Assembly: GCA_964553825.1 (NCBI GenBank)
Contig: CAZKLT010000004.1
Coordinates: 3,137 to 67,136 of the forward strand
Direction: 5' to 3'
Source: an uncultured Gammaproteobacteria bacterium
GTDB lineage: Bacteria > Patescibacteriota > Microgenomatia > UBA10105 > UBA927
Length of the DNA: 64,000 nucleotides
A program made the position numbers and the translations under genes. Under the pieces are notes generated by a model. It had not been told where the DNA came from. It made no database searches and worked only from the letters and a program-made list of their open reading frames with translations. Within the stretch, counting starts at the first letter, position 1; the number at the start of each line of letters is the position of its first letter. Positions 46,697 through 56,697 of this stretch are shown in pieces.

Positions 46697-48101
46697 AGCG
46701 CATGCATTTTTTCTGTTTACGGCATCAGGAATTTTGGGCCTCATTGCTTTTGTTGCTGTCGGCACCTGGTTTTCCAATACCGTTATTACCTTGACGGATG
46801 ACGGATTTTCTCCGAGGGTGGTAGTAGTGAGGAAAGGGGCGACAGTTCGCTTCAGTTCAAATCGTGGGCGATATTTCTGGCCCGCATCCGATCCGCACCC
46901 CATCCATACGAAGGAGCTGAGTTTTGATCCGAAGCGTGCCATTGCCCCGCAGGGTCAGTGGGAGTTTGTTCCCATGTCAGCAGGAATTTGGACATACCAT
47001 GATCACACCGCTCCGCAGTTTCGCGGGACGGTTATTGTACTTGCGGGCGACAGCAGCGTTTTGTCGTATGTGTGGGGACGTATTGGTCAGTGGGCTCGCA
47101 TCGTTTTGCTGAACACGCAGCGGCAAAGCGATGCATATTTCCGCGACTGCGGCCCTCTGGGTAAGGACTGTTGGGACAGAGCGTTTCTCGAAGTGGTCAA
47201 CCGCGAGGGGTCGCGGGAGGCATTAAGAATGGTGGATTATCTGCGGCGGACGTATCCTGAGTTTGCCAATTATTGCCACCAGTATGCCGATTTTATTGGT
47301 GACATTTCTTATTGGAATATACCTGCGGCGCGCAGAGTTCTTGATTTTGACATCTCGCTTGCCGGGCAGTGCTCAAGCGGCTACATGCACGGATATATGG
47401 GAGAGTTTATGTCACACGGTATTTTCGCGCAGGGTGTGGCATTTTGCGATCAGATTAGAGCCAAATACCCGGGAACAGAAGCGGCATTGGAGTGTTACCG
47501 GGGGATCGGCAATGGGCTTACCTTTCAAAACGGTTTTCTCTATTGGAATGATGAAACAGCGATCGTCGATCACGCTCTTGCCGGTTGCAGCGGGTTGGCA
47601 GAAGAAGATGCCTGTCGAAGTGGGGTATTTGTGGGGATAGATCACATGCATTTTGGCGTACACGGTTTTGAGTTACGACGTGATCCGAATGATCCGTTTG
47701 CGCTTTGCCGTGGCCGGGATACCGTTACCGAGGCTGCCTGTTATGATGCGACGATCTCATCCTTTTTTGCGGCGGTTGGTTATGATTTGTCCGAAGCGGC
47801 GAAGCATCTGCGCATACTACCCCTTATTCATGCCAAGCGCGTGGTGGAGCAAGTCGTGAAAATTCCTTACGAGCTGGAAGATTTTGAACGGAAAGGCGGA
47901 AATATGACCATTATTGCCTGGTGCCGATCAATCGGCGGTGCCTTACATCCTGCATGTTTTCGGGGATTTGTCCTGAAGTTATACACGATCGATGTTGAGT
48001 ATAATGGACAAAGTAGTCTTGCCCGCGAATTCTGTGGGAATTCATTTCTGAATCAGTCAGAGAAAGACATGTGTCAGCAGATATTCAATGAAGCCATATA
48101 A
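46674..48101 (+). CDS. Cupredoxin-like domain + degenerate five-His domain, paralog 6
   Basis: WPASDPHPIH...GIWTYHDH; CHQYAD, CSSGYMHG and CYRGIGNG (three of the five His replaced). Confidence 0.8.
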   Translation: MRSKLFNRAHAFFLFTASGILGLIAFVAVGTWFSNTVITLTDDGFSPRVVVVRKGATVRFSSNRGRYFWPASDPHPIHTKELSFDPKRAIAPQGQWEFVPMSAGIWTYHDHTAPQFRGTVIVLAGDSSVLSYVWGRIGQWARIVLLNTQRQSDAYFRDCGPLGKDCWDRAFLEVVNREGSREALRMVDYLRRTYPEFANYCHQYADFIGDISYWNIPAARRVLDFDISLAGQCSSGYMHGYMGEFMSHGIFAQGVAFCDQIRAKYPGTEAALECYRGIGNGLTFQNGFLYWNDETAIVDHALAGCSGLAEEDACRSGVFVGIDHMHFGVHGFELRRDPNDPFALCRGRDTVTEAACYDATISSFFAAVGYDLSEAAKHLRILPLIHAKRVVEQVVKIPYELEDFERKGGNMTIIAWCRSIGGALHPACFRGFVLKLYTIDVEYNGQSSLAREFCGNSFLNQSEKDMCQQIFNEAI

Positions 48102-49269
48102 ACTCATTATTCCAATTTCATTATTTTTTCTGGTTACCGCTTCCTATGTGGGCCTGTATCGCGGAGCGGGATCGACGCCCCAACATGCAGCGCAGCGTGT
48201 CATCAGTCGGTGTCAGAACGAAGCCCACCGACCTGCCTGTTATGAGCGGGAGATTCCGAAACTCATGAACACGCTCTCCATGGAAGATGCCTTTGCCGTC
48301 ACCCGTCTGGTGCAGGACGCTGATCCAGCGTTTGCATACTGTCATGTGGTAGCGCATAAATTAACCGCGATAGAAACAAAAAAGAATCCTCTGAGGTGGA
48401 AAGACGTCATGCTCAGGTGTCCGCAATCGGCGTGTAATTACGGCTGCCTCCACGGATCGCTTATCGAACGGTTCCGCGGAGAAACACTCAGCGATACGCA
48501 GATCGCTCAAACCGAACTCAGCATAAAAGATCTCTGTGAGCCGCGCCCGGGATTTGCTCCAACGGAAATTGAGCGCACGATGTGTTATCACGGCATAGGA
48601 CATCTTGCGATGTATATGACCGGAGGAGATCCTGCGCGCAGTATTCCGGTATGTGAGCGGCTTGCGAAGCGGGACGATGGCCGGGAGTATATAAAAACGT
48701 GTGTTGAAGGCGTATTTATGACTGTTTTTCAGAGTATCGATCCTGAAGATCTCGCCCTCGTTATCGACATTAGGCCCAACAAGCAGGATGTTGGCGCTTT
48801 CTGTGAGCAGTACGGTGTATACGTGGCCAACTGCCGACGTGAATCTTACGCGATGTTCGCAGACGAAACCCAAACCGCCGAAGGACTCCGCTCTTTCTGT
48901 TCCTATGCCCGCGGAGAAGAGGAAAAGCGGGATTGTTATTGGGCGGTGATTAACGCCAAAACGACGATATTCTTTGAACAGTCCGATTCGGTTTCCCGGA
49001 TTGGAGCATACTGTCGATCGTTTCCGGCAGACACTCGCAGCTGGTGCTGGCGGGGAGCGGCTATGCGGTTAGTACAAATAGATCCGTTGAGGAATGTCCG
49101 TGCGGCTGATTCCGTCTGCGCTATGGGGTCGACACAAACAGAAATCCAATCCTGTTATCAGGATTTGCTTTATTATGCTGAATTCTCGTTTGAAAAAAAC
49201 AGCCAACCATATAAAGAGTATTGCGGCGGCCTTGCCGAATCCTGGAGACAGCAATGCGTCAGTCAATAA
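48088..49269 (+). CDS. Five-His Cys-rich secreted protein, paralog 7
   Basis: PACYEREIPKLM, CHVVAH, CPQSACNYGCLHG and CYHGIGH. Confidence 0.85.
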   Translation: MKPYKLIIPISLFFLVTASYVGLYRGAGSTPQHAAQRVISRCQNEAHRPACYEREIPKLMNTLSMEDAFAVTRLVQDADPAFAYCHVVAHKLTAIETKKNPLRWKDVMLRCPQSACNYGCLHGSLIERFRGETLSDTQIAQTELSIKDLCEPRPGFAPTEIERTMCYHGIGHLAMYMTGGDPARSIPVCERLAKRDDGREYIKTCVEGVFMTVFQSIDPEDLALVIDIRPNKQDVGAFCEQYGVYVANCRRESYAMFADETQTAEGLRSFCSYARGEEEKRDCYWAVINAKTTIFFEQSDSVSRIGAYCRSFPADTRSWCWRGAAMRLVQIDPLRNVRAADSVCAMGSTQTEIQSCYQDLLYYAEFSFEKNSQPYKEYCGGLAESWRQQCVSQ

Positions 49270-50450
49270 AAAGGAAACCATTGATCGTGGGAACACTTAT
49301 AGCAGCGTGCGTGGGCTTGCTTGCCGTTGGCGTCTGGTATGTGTCGCGGGGAGCGAGCGTATCGTCAAAAATGGTGGCAGCCTTGGCCTCAAGCTGCGCT
49401 CAGTCAACGGAAACTGCCAAAACGCAGTGTTGGGAAGATCTCGTGCGTAAGGTTATCCGGGAGCATGGCGTACGGGCGGCGTTTGACGTTATATCCGCTC
49501 TGCATGATGCAGATGCGCAATTTGCACAAACCTGTCACGCCATGGTGCATATTGTGGGACAACAGGCATACGGAGAATTTCATACGACCGGACGGGTTGA
49601 TTTGTCAGCGAAGGCAGCGTCCTGCGCATTTGGGTTCTATCATGGATTTATGGAGATGTTGGTAGCGCGCAAAGGGACGATTGCCCAGGCGCAGCAATTT
49701 TGTGATTATGTCGATCGGATACTCGGAAATGAGACACCGAATGCGATATATAGCTGCACTCACGGGATTGGACACGGATCTACCGATATTCATAATCCTC
49801 AGTATTATGGGAATGAGCGGGCGGTCATAGCGCCTGCGATTGCAAATTGTGAGGCATTTGCCCGGGACGATCATGAGCTGACGCTCTGCGCGACGGGCAT
49901 ATTTGATTCGATTGCGCTTGCATACTACAACAACGGAGAAAATGGGTTTGTGATGAAAAAAGAGGACCCGCTCTGGCTCTGCCACGAGCAACCCTTAAAG
50001 TATAAGGAGGCGTGCTATCGTGATATGATGCCAGCCGTGATTTGGATGGGGGAGCACGACCTGACCCTTGCCGCCCCGATCGTTTTCACGCACGCAGAGG
50101 ACGACTACAAGGCGTTTGCCCTTGAAGCCCTTGCGGAAAACAGCGTTCGGTTCATTGTGAACAAAAAACCAACCACCGTATATCTGCCATATTGTCGCTC
50201 CCTTACGGGAAGTCTCTCTGATGCCTGTGTACGCGGATTGGCGGCAGGAGCGATGCAATTTGGCAGACCTGATCGTGAATATGAAGACGCGTTGGTATTC
50301 TGTAAAGACGACCTGCTCACTGCCGGAGAGAAGGATATCTGCATGAAGCGGATTTTGGATTATGCACGCGGGCGGTATTCGCAAAAGCGGGTTTCTGATA
50401 TCTGCAGGGAAACAGAAGAAATCTGGCGACCGTACTGCACACAACTATGA
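49254..50450 (+). CDS. Five-His Cys-rich secreted protein, paralog 8
   Basis: CHAMVH, CAFGFYHGFME and CTHGIGHG. Likely start 49254. Confidence 0.85.
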   Translation: MRQSIKRKPLIVGTLIAACVGLLAVGVWYVSRGASVSSKMVAALASSCAQSTETAKTQCWEDLVRKVIREHGVRAAFDVISALHDADAQFAQTCHAMVHIVGQQAYGEFHTTGRVDLSAKAASCAFGFYHGFMEMLVARKGTIAQAQQFCDYVDRILGNETPNAIYSCTHGIGHGSTDIHNPQYYGNERAVIAPAIANCEAFARDDHELTLCATGIFDSIALAYYNNGENGFVMKKEDPLWLCHEQPLKYKEACYRDMMPAVIWMGEHDLTLAAPIVFTHAEDDYKAFALEALAENSVRFIVNKKPTTVYLPYCRSLTGSLSDACVRGLAAGAMQFGRPDREYEDALVFCKDDLLTAGEKDICMKRILDYARGRYSQKRVSDICRETEEIWRPYCTQL

Positions 50451-51676
50451 AACTGAGCGGTGGGAAAAAGCTATTGTTGGCGGGACTGTTGGTGCTTCTT
50501 GTGGCGGAAATTGCATATCTTATCGTCCCAACGCTCAATCGTTCGAAAGACGATCTTCTGACGCTTGCGTCCCAGTCGATTCTGCGTGCATGCGAAAACA
50601 ACCAGCACCGGCCGACCTGCTATGACCGGGAGATTCCCAAGCTTATGAACCGATTTACCCTTGAGGATGTTTTTGCGGTTACCAAGCGTATACAGTCTCA
50701 GGATCAGTCCTATGCGTATTGCCACGTGTTGGGACACGCAGTCTCTGCCGCCGAAACGAAAAAAGACCCGTCTCTTTGGCGTGAAGTCATAACACGATGT
50801 CCCAGCGGCGTGTGCTCAAACGGGTGTGTCCATGGGGCCTTTCAGGAGCGATTCCGCACCGACGTTCTTCCGGATCATGAAATTGAGGTGATAAAGCCCG
50901 ACTTGCTCACGGTGTGTGAGCCACGGGATTCATGGAAACCCACAAGTCTTGAGCAGGCAACGTGCTACCACGCACTTGGGCACCTGCTCATGTATATTAC
51001 GGGTGCGGATCTGACGAAATCCGTGGGACTGTGCGATCAGCTGGCCGGGGTAAAAGACGGGAGCCAGTTTGATTTCCGTCATATCTGCTACGATGGCGCG
51101 TTTATGCAGATATTTCAGCCGCTTGAGCCGGAAGACCGGGCGCTGGTTGCCGGAAAACAGCCGGCCAAAGCAGATGTGTCGGCCTATTGCAGCGTTTGGG
51201 AGGGGCAGCGGCAGGTTTCATGCATCAGTGAGTCGTGGCCGCTTTTCCTGAACGAACTACAGGATCCTTCTTATCTCTCGACGTTTTGCGGGCAGCTTCC
51301 CTCCGATTTCTCACCGCGGTGTTATACCGGTATGTTTTATATACTCGTCGTACAGTTTCGGTTTGACCTCTCGCGGATGAAAGTCTATTGCGACGGGCTA
51401 CCCCAGAATTTGAGCGGGGCATGCTACGCCAATACGGCATCCCGTCTTATTGAGACTGACTGGGGAAATGTGTATAAGGCAGCCGCATGGTGCAAGGACG
51501 CCGGGAGTGTCACCGCGCAGCAGGACTGCTATCAGGAGCTTGCGTTTTATGCGTCATATAATTTCCATATGGGGTCGCCGGAATTCTATTCCCTGTGTGA
51601 GGCCCTGCCTGAGCCCTGGAAAGACGCCTGTCTGAAAGGTTCGACGGAAGGAAATCTGAAGCCAGTGAATCAATAG
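50447..51676 (+). CDS. Five-His Cys-rich secreted protein, paralog 9
   Basis: ATGA overlap; PTCYDREIPKLM, CHVLGH, CPSGVCSNGCVHG and CYHALGH. Confidence 0.85.
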   Translation: MKLSGGKKLLLAGLLVLLVAEIAYLIVPTLNRSKDDLLTLASQSILRACENNQHRPTCYDREIPKLMNRFTLEDVFAVTKRIQSQDQSYAYCHVLGHAVSAAETKKDPSLWREVITRCPSGVCSNGCVHGAFQERFRTDVLPDHEIEVIKPDLLTVCEPRDSWKPTSLEQATCYHALGHLLMYITGADLTKSVGLCDQLAGVKDGSQFDFRHICYDGAFMQIFQPLEPEDRALVAGKQPAKADVSAYCSVWEGQRQVSCISESWPLFLNELQDPSYLSTFCGQLPSDFSPRCYTGMFYILVVQFRFDLSRMKVYCDGLPQNLSGACYANTASRLIETDWGNVYKAAAWCKDAGSVTAQQDCYQELAFYASYNFHMGSPEFYSLCEALPEPWKDACLKGSTEGNLKPVNQ

Positions 51677-51677
51677 T

Positions 51678-52667
51678 ATGCGTATGCAACAAATATCATC
51701 GCCAATATGGTGGGCGTTTTGCGCGCTGGGCGTGACGGTTGCCGTTATCAGTGCCGCTGCGGGCATGATGGCGCCGCCGGAGCCGAGCGCCCCTGTCACC
51801 GATTCAGCGGGTGCCGTGCGGCAACTGTCGGGTATTATCCGCGCGCGCGGAGTAGATGCTGCGCAGGCGTTTTTTCTTAAACACTTCTTCTCGTACTCTG
51901 ACAACCACAGGCACTATCTGGGCCATCTAATCGGTGAGCACATATATAAGACATATGGTATGGACGGCATTAGCAGGTGTTATTCCAGTATGGAGTTTGG
52001 CTGTATCCACGGGTTTCTGCTGACTGGCTATATGGATCGGGGCGATCCGTTTCTTGACGCGGTCATTTCACGTTGCAGTCAGGATTTGCCGGAGGGGTGC
52101 ATGCATGGGCTCGGTCATGCGTTTTTGCTTATACGGGGATACGATATTGCCGATGTACGGTCCAGTATTGACGCCTGTCTTGCCCTGAGCACGCAGTTGC
52201 CGTACCGGCAGCAGTGTATTCAGGGGGTATATATGGAATACAATGACCGGTTTCTGGTTGACGGATCGCTGAGCGCAAATTCGTTTAAACCAAGAGCATA
52301 CGATCCAGACAATCCATATGCTCCGTGTGACACCGAGCCGGCACAGCTTCAGCCGATTTGTTATCGGGAACTCGTGTTGTACTGGTCGAATATTTCTACA
52401 CTGAACCCAGAGCTCATGGCTGATCTGTGCAACGGATTGTCCGGCGAAAACCGCTATGAGTGTTATTGGAGCTTGGGCGGTCTCGTAGCCGGTGACAGTA
52501 AAGAAATAGAGTCTCCGCTTGTCGAATGCTTACAGTTTGCACCGAAAGATTTGTCCGCATGTCTGAAAGGCGCAGTCCTATCAGTGGCATTTCAGAGCCA
52601 AAGGCCCCGTTCTGAATTCTGTGCACCACTACCTGCTGCTGTAGCTAAGGAGTGCCGCACATGGTAA
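51678..52667 (+). CDS. Five-His Cys-rich secreted protein, paralog 10
   Basis: RHYLGH, FGCIHG, CMHGLGH and CIQGVYMEY. Confidence 0.85.
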   Translation: MRMQQISSPIWWAFCALGVTVAVISAAAGMMAPPEPSAPVTDSAGAVRQLSGIIRARGVDAAQAFFLKHFFSYSDNHRHYLGHLIGEHIYKTYGMDGISRCYSSMEFGCIHGFLLTGYMDRGDPFLDAVISRCSQDLPEGCMHGLGHAFLLIRGYDIADVRSSIDACLALSTQLPYRQQCIQGVYMEYNDRFLVDGSLSANSFKPRAYDPDNPYAPCDTEPAQLQPICYRELVLYWSNISTLNPELMADLCNGLSGENRYECYWSLGGLVAGDSKEIESPLVECLQFAPKDLSACLKGAVLSVAFQSQRPRSEFCAPLPAAVAKECRTW

Positions 52668-53677
52668 AGATAAAGCATATTATCGGCATCGGCCTTCTTG
52701 TAATTGCAGTAGTTTTCGGTGCGCTGTACGCAGCCTCATCCCGCAGCGACAGCCTTTCGCGCGTTTTTGCCGGCGGTGACTTGTCGCCGGGGAAGCTGCG
52801 GGGTGCCTTCATGGCGACCATCCAGCGTGACGGTCCGGCCGAAACGTACACCAGGCTCAAGGTGCTGCTTGCCGGTATCGACGCTCCTCAGCAACACAGC
52901 ATCGCTCATATATTCGGGAATGTACTTTATAAAACAAACGGACTGTCGGGCCTGACGGTCTGCGATGCCAGCTTCGGATTTGGGTGTTACCATAGCTTTT
53001 TTGGCGCTGCCATCAGCGAAAAGGGGGAGAGCATTGTCACAGAGCTTGATCGTATTTGTGTTTCGGCGTATGGACCGATGGGACTTGGGTGTCCCCATGG
53101 GATAGGGCATGGCCTTGGAGCGTATTTCGGGCCGGACAGGATCGACGAGCAGCTTGCCCTGTGCAGTACCCTCAGCTGGAAAGGGAAGTATCTCGGGTGT
53201 CAGGGTGGCGTTTTTATGGAATATAATACGCCCACAGAAAGCCAGAGTGATACAGCCACAACTTCCGTGCGGCCCTTTGATCCCGATCGGCCGTACGGTA
53301 TCTGTCAGCAGATTGACGACACATTTCAGCCGGCCTGTTTCCTGGAGTTGTCGGGCTGGTGGGAACAGGCTATGGGTAGGGACTACGCGAGAATAGGGGC
53401 GTTATGCCGGCACGTGCAAGGCAGGAACAATCGGGACAGTTGTTTTCTGGGTATCGGATATGCGGTAGCACAGTCTACCTGGTATGATCTGCAGCAGACG
53501 CGCGATGCATGTGCAGCCGCAGGGGATGCCGATGAAGAAATGCTGTGTACCGCAGGCGCCGCGTGGAGCTTTTTTGCCAATCCGGCGGTGCGGGGGCAGG
53601 CCGCGGACGTGTGTCAGCGTCTGGCGAACGATATGCGGGCAGATTGTGTTAAGCGATCCGACCTACTTTCCCTATAG
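52661..53677 (+). CDS. Five-His Cys-rich secreted protein, paralog 11
   Basis: QHSIAH, FGCYHS, CPHGIGHG and CQGGVFMEY. Likely start ATG 52661. Confidence 0.85.
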   Translation: MVKIKHIIGIGLLVIAVVFGALYAASSRSDSLSRVFAGGDLSPGKLRGAFMATIQRDGPAETYTRLKVLLAGIDAPQQHSIAHIFGNVLYKTNGLSGLTVCDASFGFGCYHSFFGAAISEKGESIVTELDRICVSAYGPMGLGCPHGIGHGLGAYFGPDRIDEQLALCSTLSWKGKYLGCQGGVFMEYNTPTESQSDTATTSVRPFDPDRPYGICQQIDDTFQPACFLELSGWWEQAMGRDYARIGALCRHVQGRNNRDSCFLGIGYAVAQSTWYDLQQTRDACAAAGDADEEMLCTAGAAWSFFANPAVRGQAADVCQRLANDMRADCVKRSDLLSL

Positions 53678-53680
53678 GAT

Positions 53681-55159
53681 ATGAGAAAGTTTCGTGCATT
53701 TTTACTGCTGCGATACCGAATTGTGATCCTTATTTTGGCTATTTTTCTTGCCTGCGCAGGCGCCATCTGGTTTTGGGTTCCCCAACCGCGTACGGTGGCT
53801 TTGGGTGAAAAAGGATTTGAACCCGCTGAACTTCGTGTGCCGGTCGGTACGGTGATCACCTTCGAAAATCACACACAAAAAACCTTTTGGCCGGCCAGCA
53901 ACTTCCACCCGTCGCACAAGATATATCCAGAGTTTGACTCGAAGAAGCCCATACCGGCGGGTGATTCCTGGAGTTTCCGTTTTTCGGTTGCCGGAGTATG
54001 GCGTTACCATGACCATCTCAACAGCCGCCACACCGGAACAATAATCGTGTATGCATCACCGTTTGTCCGGGCACAACAACTGTGCGACGGCGACATTGAT
54101 GTCCTGCCGACGAAGACGCAGGAGCGCTGTTGGATACAGGATATAGAAAAGACGCTCGTGACAAAGGGGATTGACGCGGCGTTTGAGCAGTTCGGCCGCC
54201 TGTACGAGACGAAAAATGCATTCTCCGCCGACTGTCATGATGTTACTCATTTGCTGGGTGAGGCGGCGTATAGGGATTATGTGCGCCACGGAACAGTCAT
54301 AGAGTCGACAAAAACAGCCTACTGCGGGTACGGATTCTATCATGGATTCATCGAGGCGCTCTTGTTTACCACCGGGGATTTTCAGCAGGCAAAGTCCTAC
54401 TGTCATGCCGTACAAGAGAAGCTGGAAGAGAAGATTGTCTCACCCAATGCCATTTATTCATGCTATCACGGGCTTGGTCACGGAACATTTGATACGCAGG
54501 CGTACTCAGAGTGGGGCGACGACGAACAGATGCTTGCATCTGCGCTGGATACCTGCGACCGGGTAACCCGGGGCGAGGAGCAGGAATTGGTGAAACAGTG
54601 TGCAACCGGCGTGTTTAATGCCCTGGCCAATGCGTACAACAACAATACGTATAATCTTTCGTTCGACCGGCAGGCGCCGTGGGGCGTGTGCGATAATCAG
54701 AAGAACGATGAGCACAAGAAGGCATGTTTCCGTGAAGTTACCGCATCATATATAAAGGGGACCGTGAAGGATACGAAGGAGGGCCTTACGAAACTCTCGC
54801 AGATCGTAGATCCCGTAGGAGCGGGGGCTGCCATGTTTGCGTATATGAGTGAGGAGGCGCGATTGGGAATGGACGTGATTGCCGCAAGTGAATTCGTCCG
54901 TCTTTGCAACACGCTTCAATCTTCTCTGCTGCGCGCGGCGTGTGCGCAGGGAGTGGGGGCTGGTTTATTTCTGTGGGGCAAACCGGGACACGAACATGAG
55001 AAGGCGATTGCATTCTGTATGACCCAGGGACTGGGAGTCGAAAGTCGGGATGCGTGCATGACCTATATTGTGCCCCGTATACGCACTGTGTATAACCGGG
55101 ATAGAGTTTCGGCCGTCTGCCGCGCGATTGATCCGGCATATCAGCATTTATGTCAATGA
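53681..55159 (+). CDS. Cupredoxin-like domain + five-His Cys-rich domain, paralog 12
   Basis: WPASNFHPSH.IYPEFD...GVWRYHDH; CHDVTH, CGYGFYHG and CYHGLGHG. Confidence 0.85.
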   Translation: MRKFRAFLLLRYRIVILILAIFLACAGAIWFWVPQPRTVALGEKGFEPAELRVPVGTVITFENHTQKTFWPASNFHPSHKIYPEFDSKKPIPAGDSWSFRFSVAGVWRYHDHLNSRHTGTIIVYASPFVRAQQLCDGDIDVLPTKTQERCWIQDIEKTLVTKGIDAAFEQFGRLYETKNAFSADCHDVTHLLGEAAYRDYVRHGTVIESTKTAYCGYGFYHGFIEALLFTTGDFQQAKSYCHAVQEKLEEKIVSPNAIYSCYHGLGHGTFDTQAYSEWGDDEQMLASALDTCDRVTRGEEQELVKQCATGVFNALANAYNNNTYNLSFDRQAPWGVCDNQKNDEHKKACFREVTASYIKGTVKDTKEGLTKLSQIVDPVGAGAAMFAYMSEEARLGMDVIAASEFVRLCNTLQSSLLRAACAQGVGAGLFLWGKPGHEHEKAIAFCMTQGLGVESRDACMTYIVPRIRTVYNRDRVSAVCRAIDPAYQHLCQ

Positions 55160-56697
55160 AACTGATTTTTCTATTCGTATGCTTCTGTATGGCCGTGGCT
55201 TTCCGGACAGGTGTTGCGCTGGCGGCGCCGGCGACTTCGGGAGCCCATATTGTTCTGACGAATGACGGATTTCAGCCGAAAGTACTTCAGATCCCCGTGG
55301 GCAGCAGCGTTACGTTTACCACAACGCGGGGACGGTATTTTTGGCCCGCATCAGATGAGCATCCGTCGCATAGTATATATCCGGAATTTGACCCCCGCGC
55401 ACCCATTTCACCGGAGGATTCGTGGTCCCATACCTTCGAGAGACCTGGCGTGTGGAAGTTTCATGACCATGTATCGCCGTCGTATACAGGAGAAATACGA
55501 GTGATGGAAACGGGTGACCGGGTGGTTCCGATAGAAAATAAGGAAAACGTAATTGTAAAACAATCCATACTATTAAAATTGAATAATTGGATTGTTCAGA
55601 ATGTTCTCCCTCTTAATTATCGTCGGTGTATGGATGAGGAGCTGAATCACGGATCCAGAATCCAGTGCTGGGAGCATGTAGTGGTGAAAATAACCCAGCG
55701 CAAAGGACTCATCACGGCACTTAACTTCGTGCATCGGCAGAGAAGCCGCGATACTGCCTTTGCATCCGACTGTCACGTCTATGTGCATCGCATCGGGGAG
55801 GAGTATTACTGGAAGTTTTTCAATGATCGGAAAATTGAAGTATCGGATAAGTTTGGCCTGTGTGATCAGGGATTTTTTCATGGGTTTATGCAGGAATTTA
55901 CGAGTCATGGGACAAATATGGTACAGGCGAAACGGTATTGCGACACGCTTCTGTCAAGAATGAAGCAAGATGAGCACGGAGAAATGCTGATTCAACAATG
56001 CTACCATGGAATCGGCCACGGAGCCGCATTTCTGTATGCCGCATCATTGTGGGGTAATACCGATGAAATTATACGACGATCGATTGCCGACTGTCGGTCA
56101 CTTATCGATGGAAATCCGCGTATGTGCATCAGCGGAGTCTTTGGCGGAATTGCGGCGATGCATTGGGGTCTTCACGGGTTTACGCTCGAAATGGACCCTT
56201 CTAATCCTTGGGAGCTCTGTAAAAACCAGGTGAAACCCGAGAACTTGGAATGCTATGATCAGCTTGTCCCCGTGCTTTTCAGCAAGGTTGATCTGGATTT
56301 AGAAGCCGCGGGTCGGTTGGTCGCTCAAATATCGGATGCGGAAATTCAACGTGTTGCCATGATACATTTAGGGAGCATGCCTTCGTATACGATTGTGTCC
56401 AAGACGGAGGATTACTCACAGATTGTTCAATCGTGCCGACGTTTTGCCTCCCCGCTTGATCGCGACTGCCTGTATGGATTTTCCGGTGCAATTACCCGTA
56501 TTGGCGCATTGCCCGAAGCGCAGGCGCGGTCTATCCGGTTTTGTGAGTCGTCATATCTGACTGAGGCCGAACGAGCAGTCTGTTATGATAGTGTCCGTCA
56601 GCAGATATCCATACATTATTCCGAGCGGGAAGCTGTACGGTTCTGTGAACGGATATCGGCTCGGTACCAGCATTCGTACTGCAGTAATCAGCCATGA
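55150..56697 (+). CDS. Cupredoxin-like domain + five-His Cys-rich domain, paralog 13
   Basis: WPASDEHPSH.IYPEFD...GVWKFHDH; CHVYVH, CDQGFFHG and CYHGIGHG. Confidence 0.85.
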   Translation: MSMKLIFLFVCFCMAVAFRTGVALAAPATSGAHIVLTNDGFQPKVLQIPVGSSVTFTTTRGRYFWPASDEHPSHSIYPEFDPRAPISPEDSWSHTFERPGVWKFHDHVSPSYTGEIRVMETGDRVVPIENKENVIVKQSILLKLNNWIVQNVLPLNYRRCMDEELNHGSRIQCWEHVVVKITQRKGLITALNFVHRQRSRDTAFASDCHVYVHRIGEEYYWKFFNDRKIEVSDKFGLCDQGFFHGFMQEFTSHGTNMVQAKRYCDTLLSRMKQDEHGEMLIQQCYHGIGHGAAFLYAASLWGNTDEIIRRSIADCRSLIDGNPRMCISGVFGGIAAMHWGLHGFTLEMDPSNPWELCKNQVKPENLECYDQLVPVLFSKVDLDLEAAGRLVAQISDAEIQRVAMIHLGSMPSYTIVSKTEDYSQIVQSCRRFASPLDRDCLYGFSGAITRIGALPEAQARSIRFCESSYLTEAERAVCYDSVRQQISIHYSEREAVRFCERISARYQHSYCSNQP

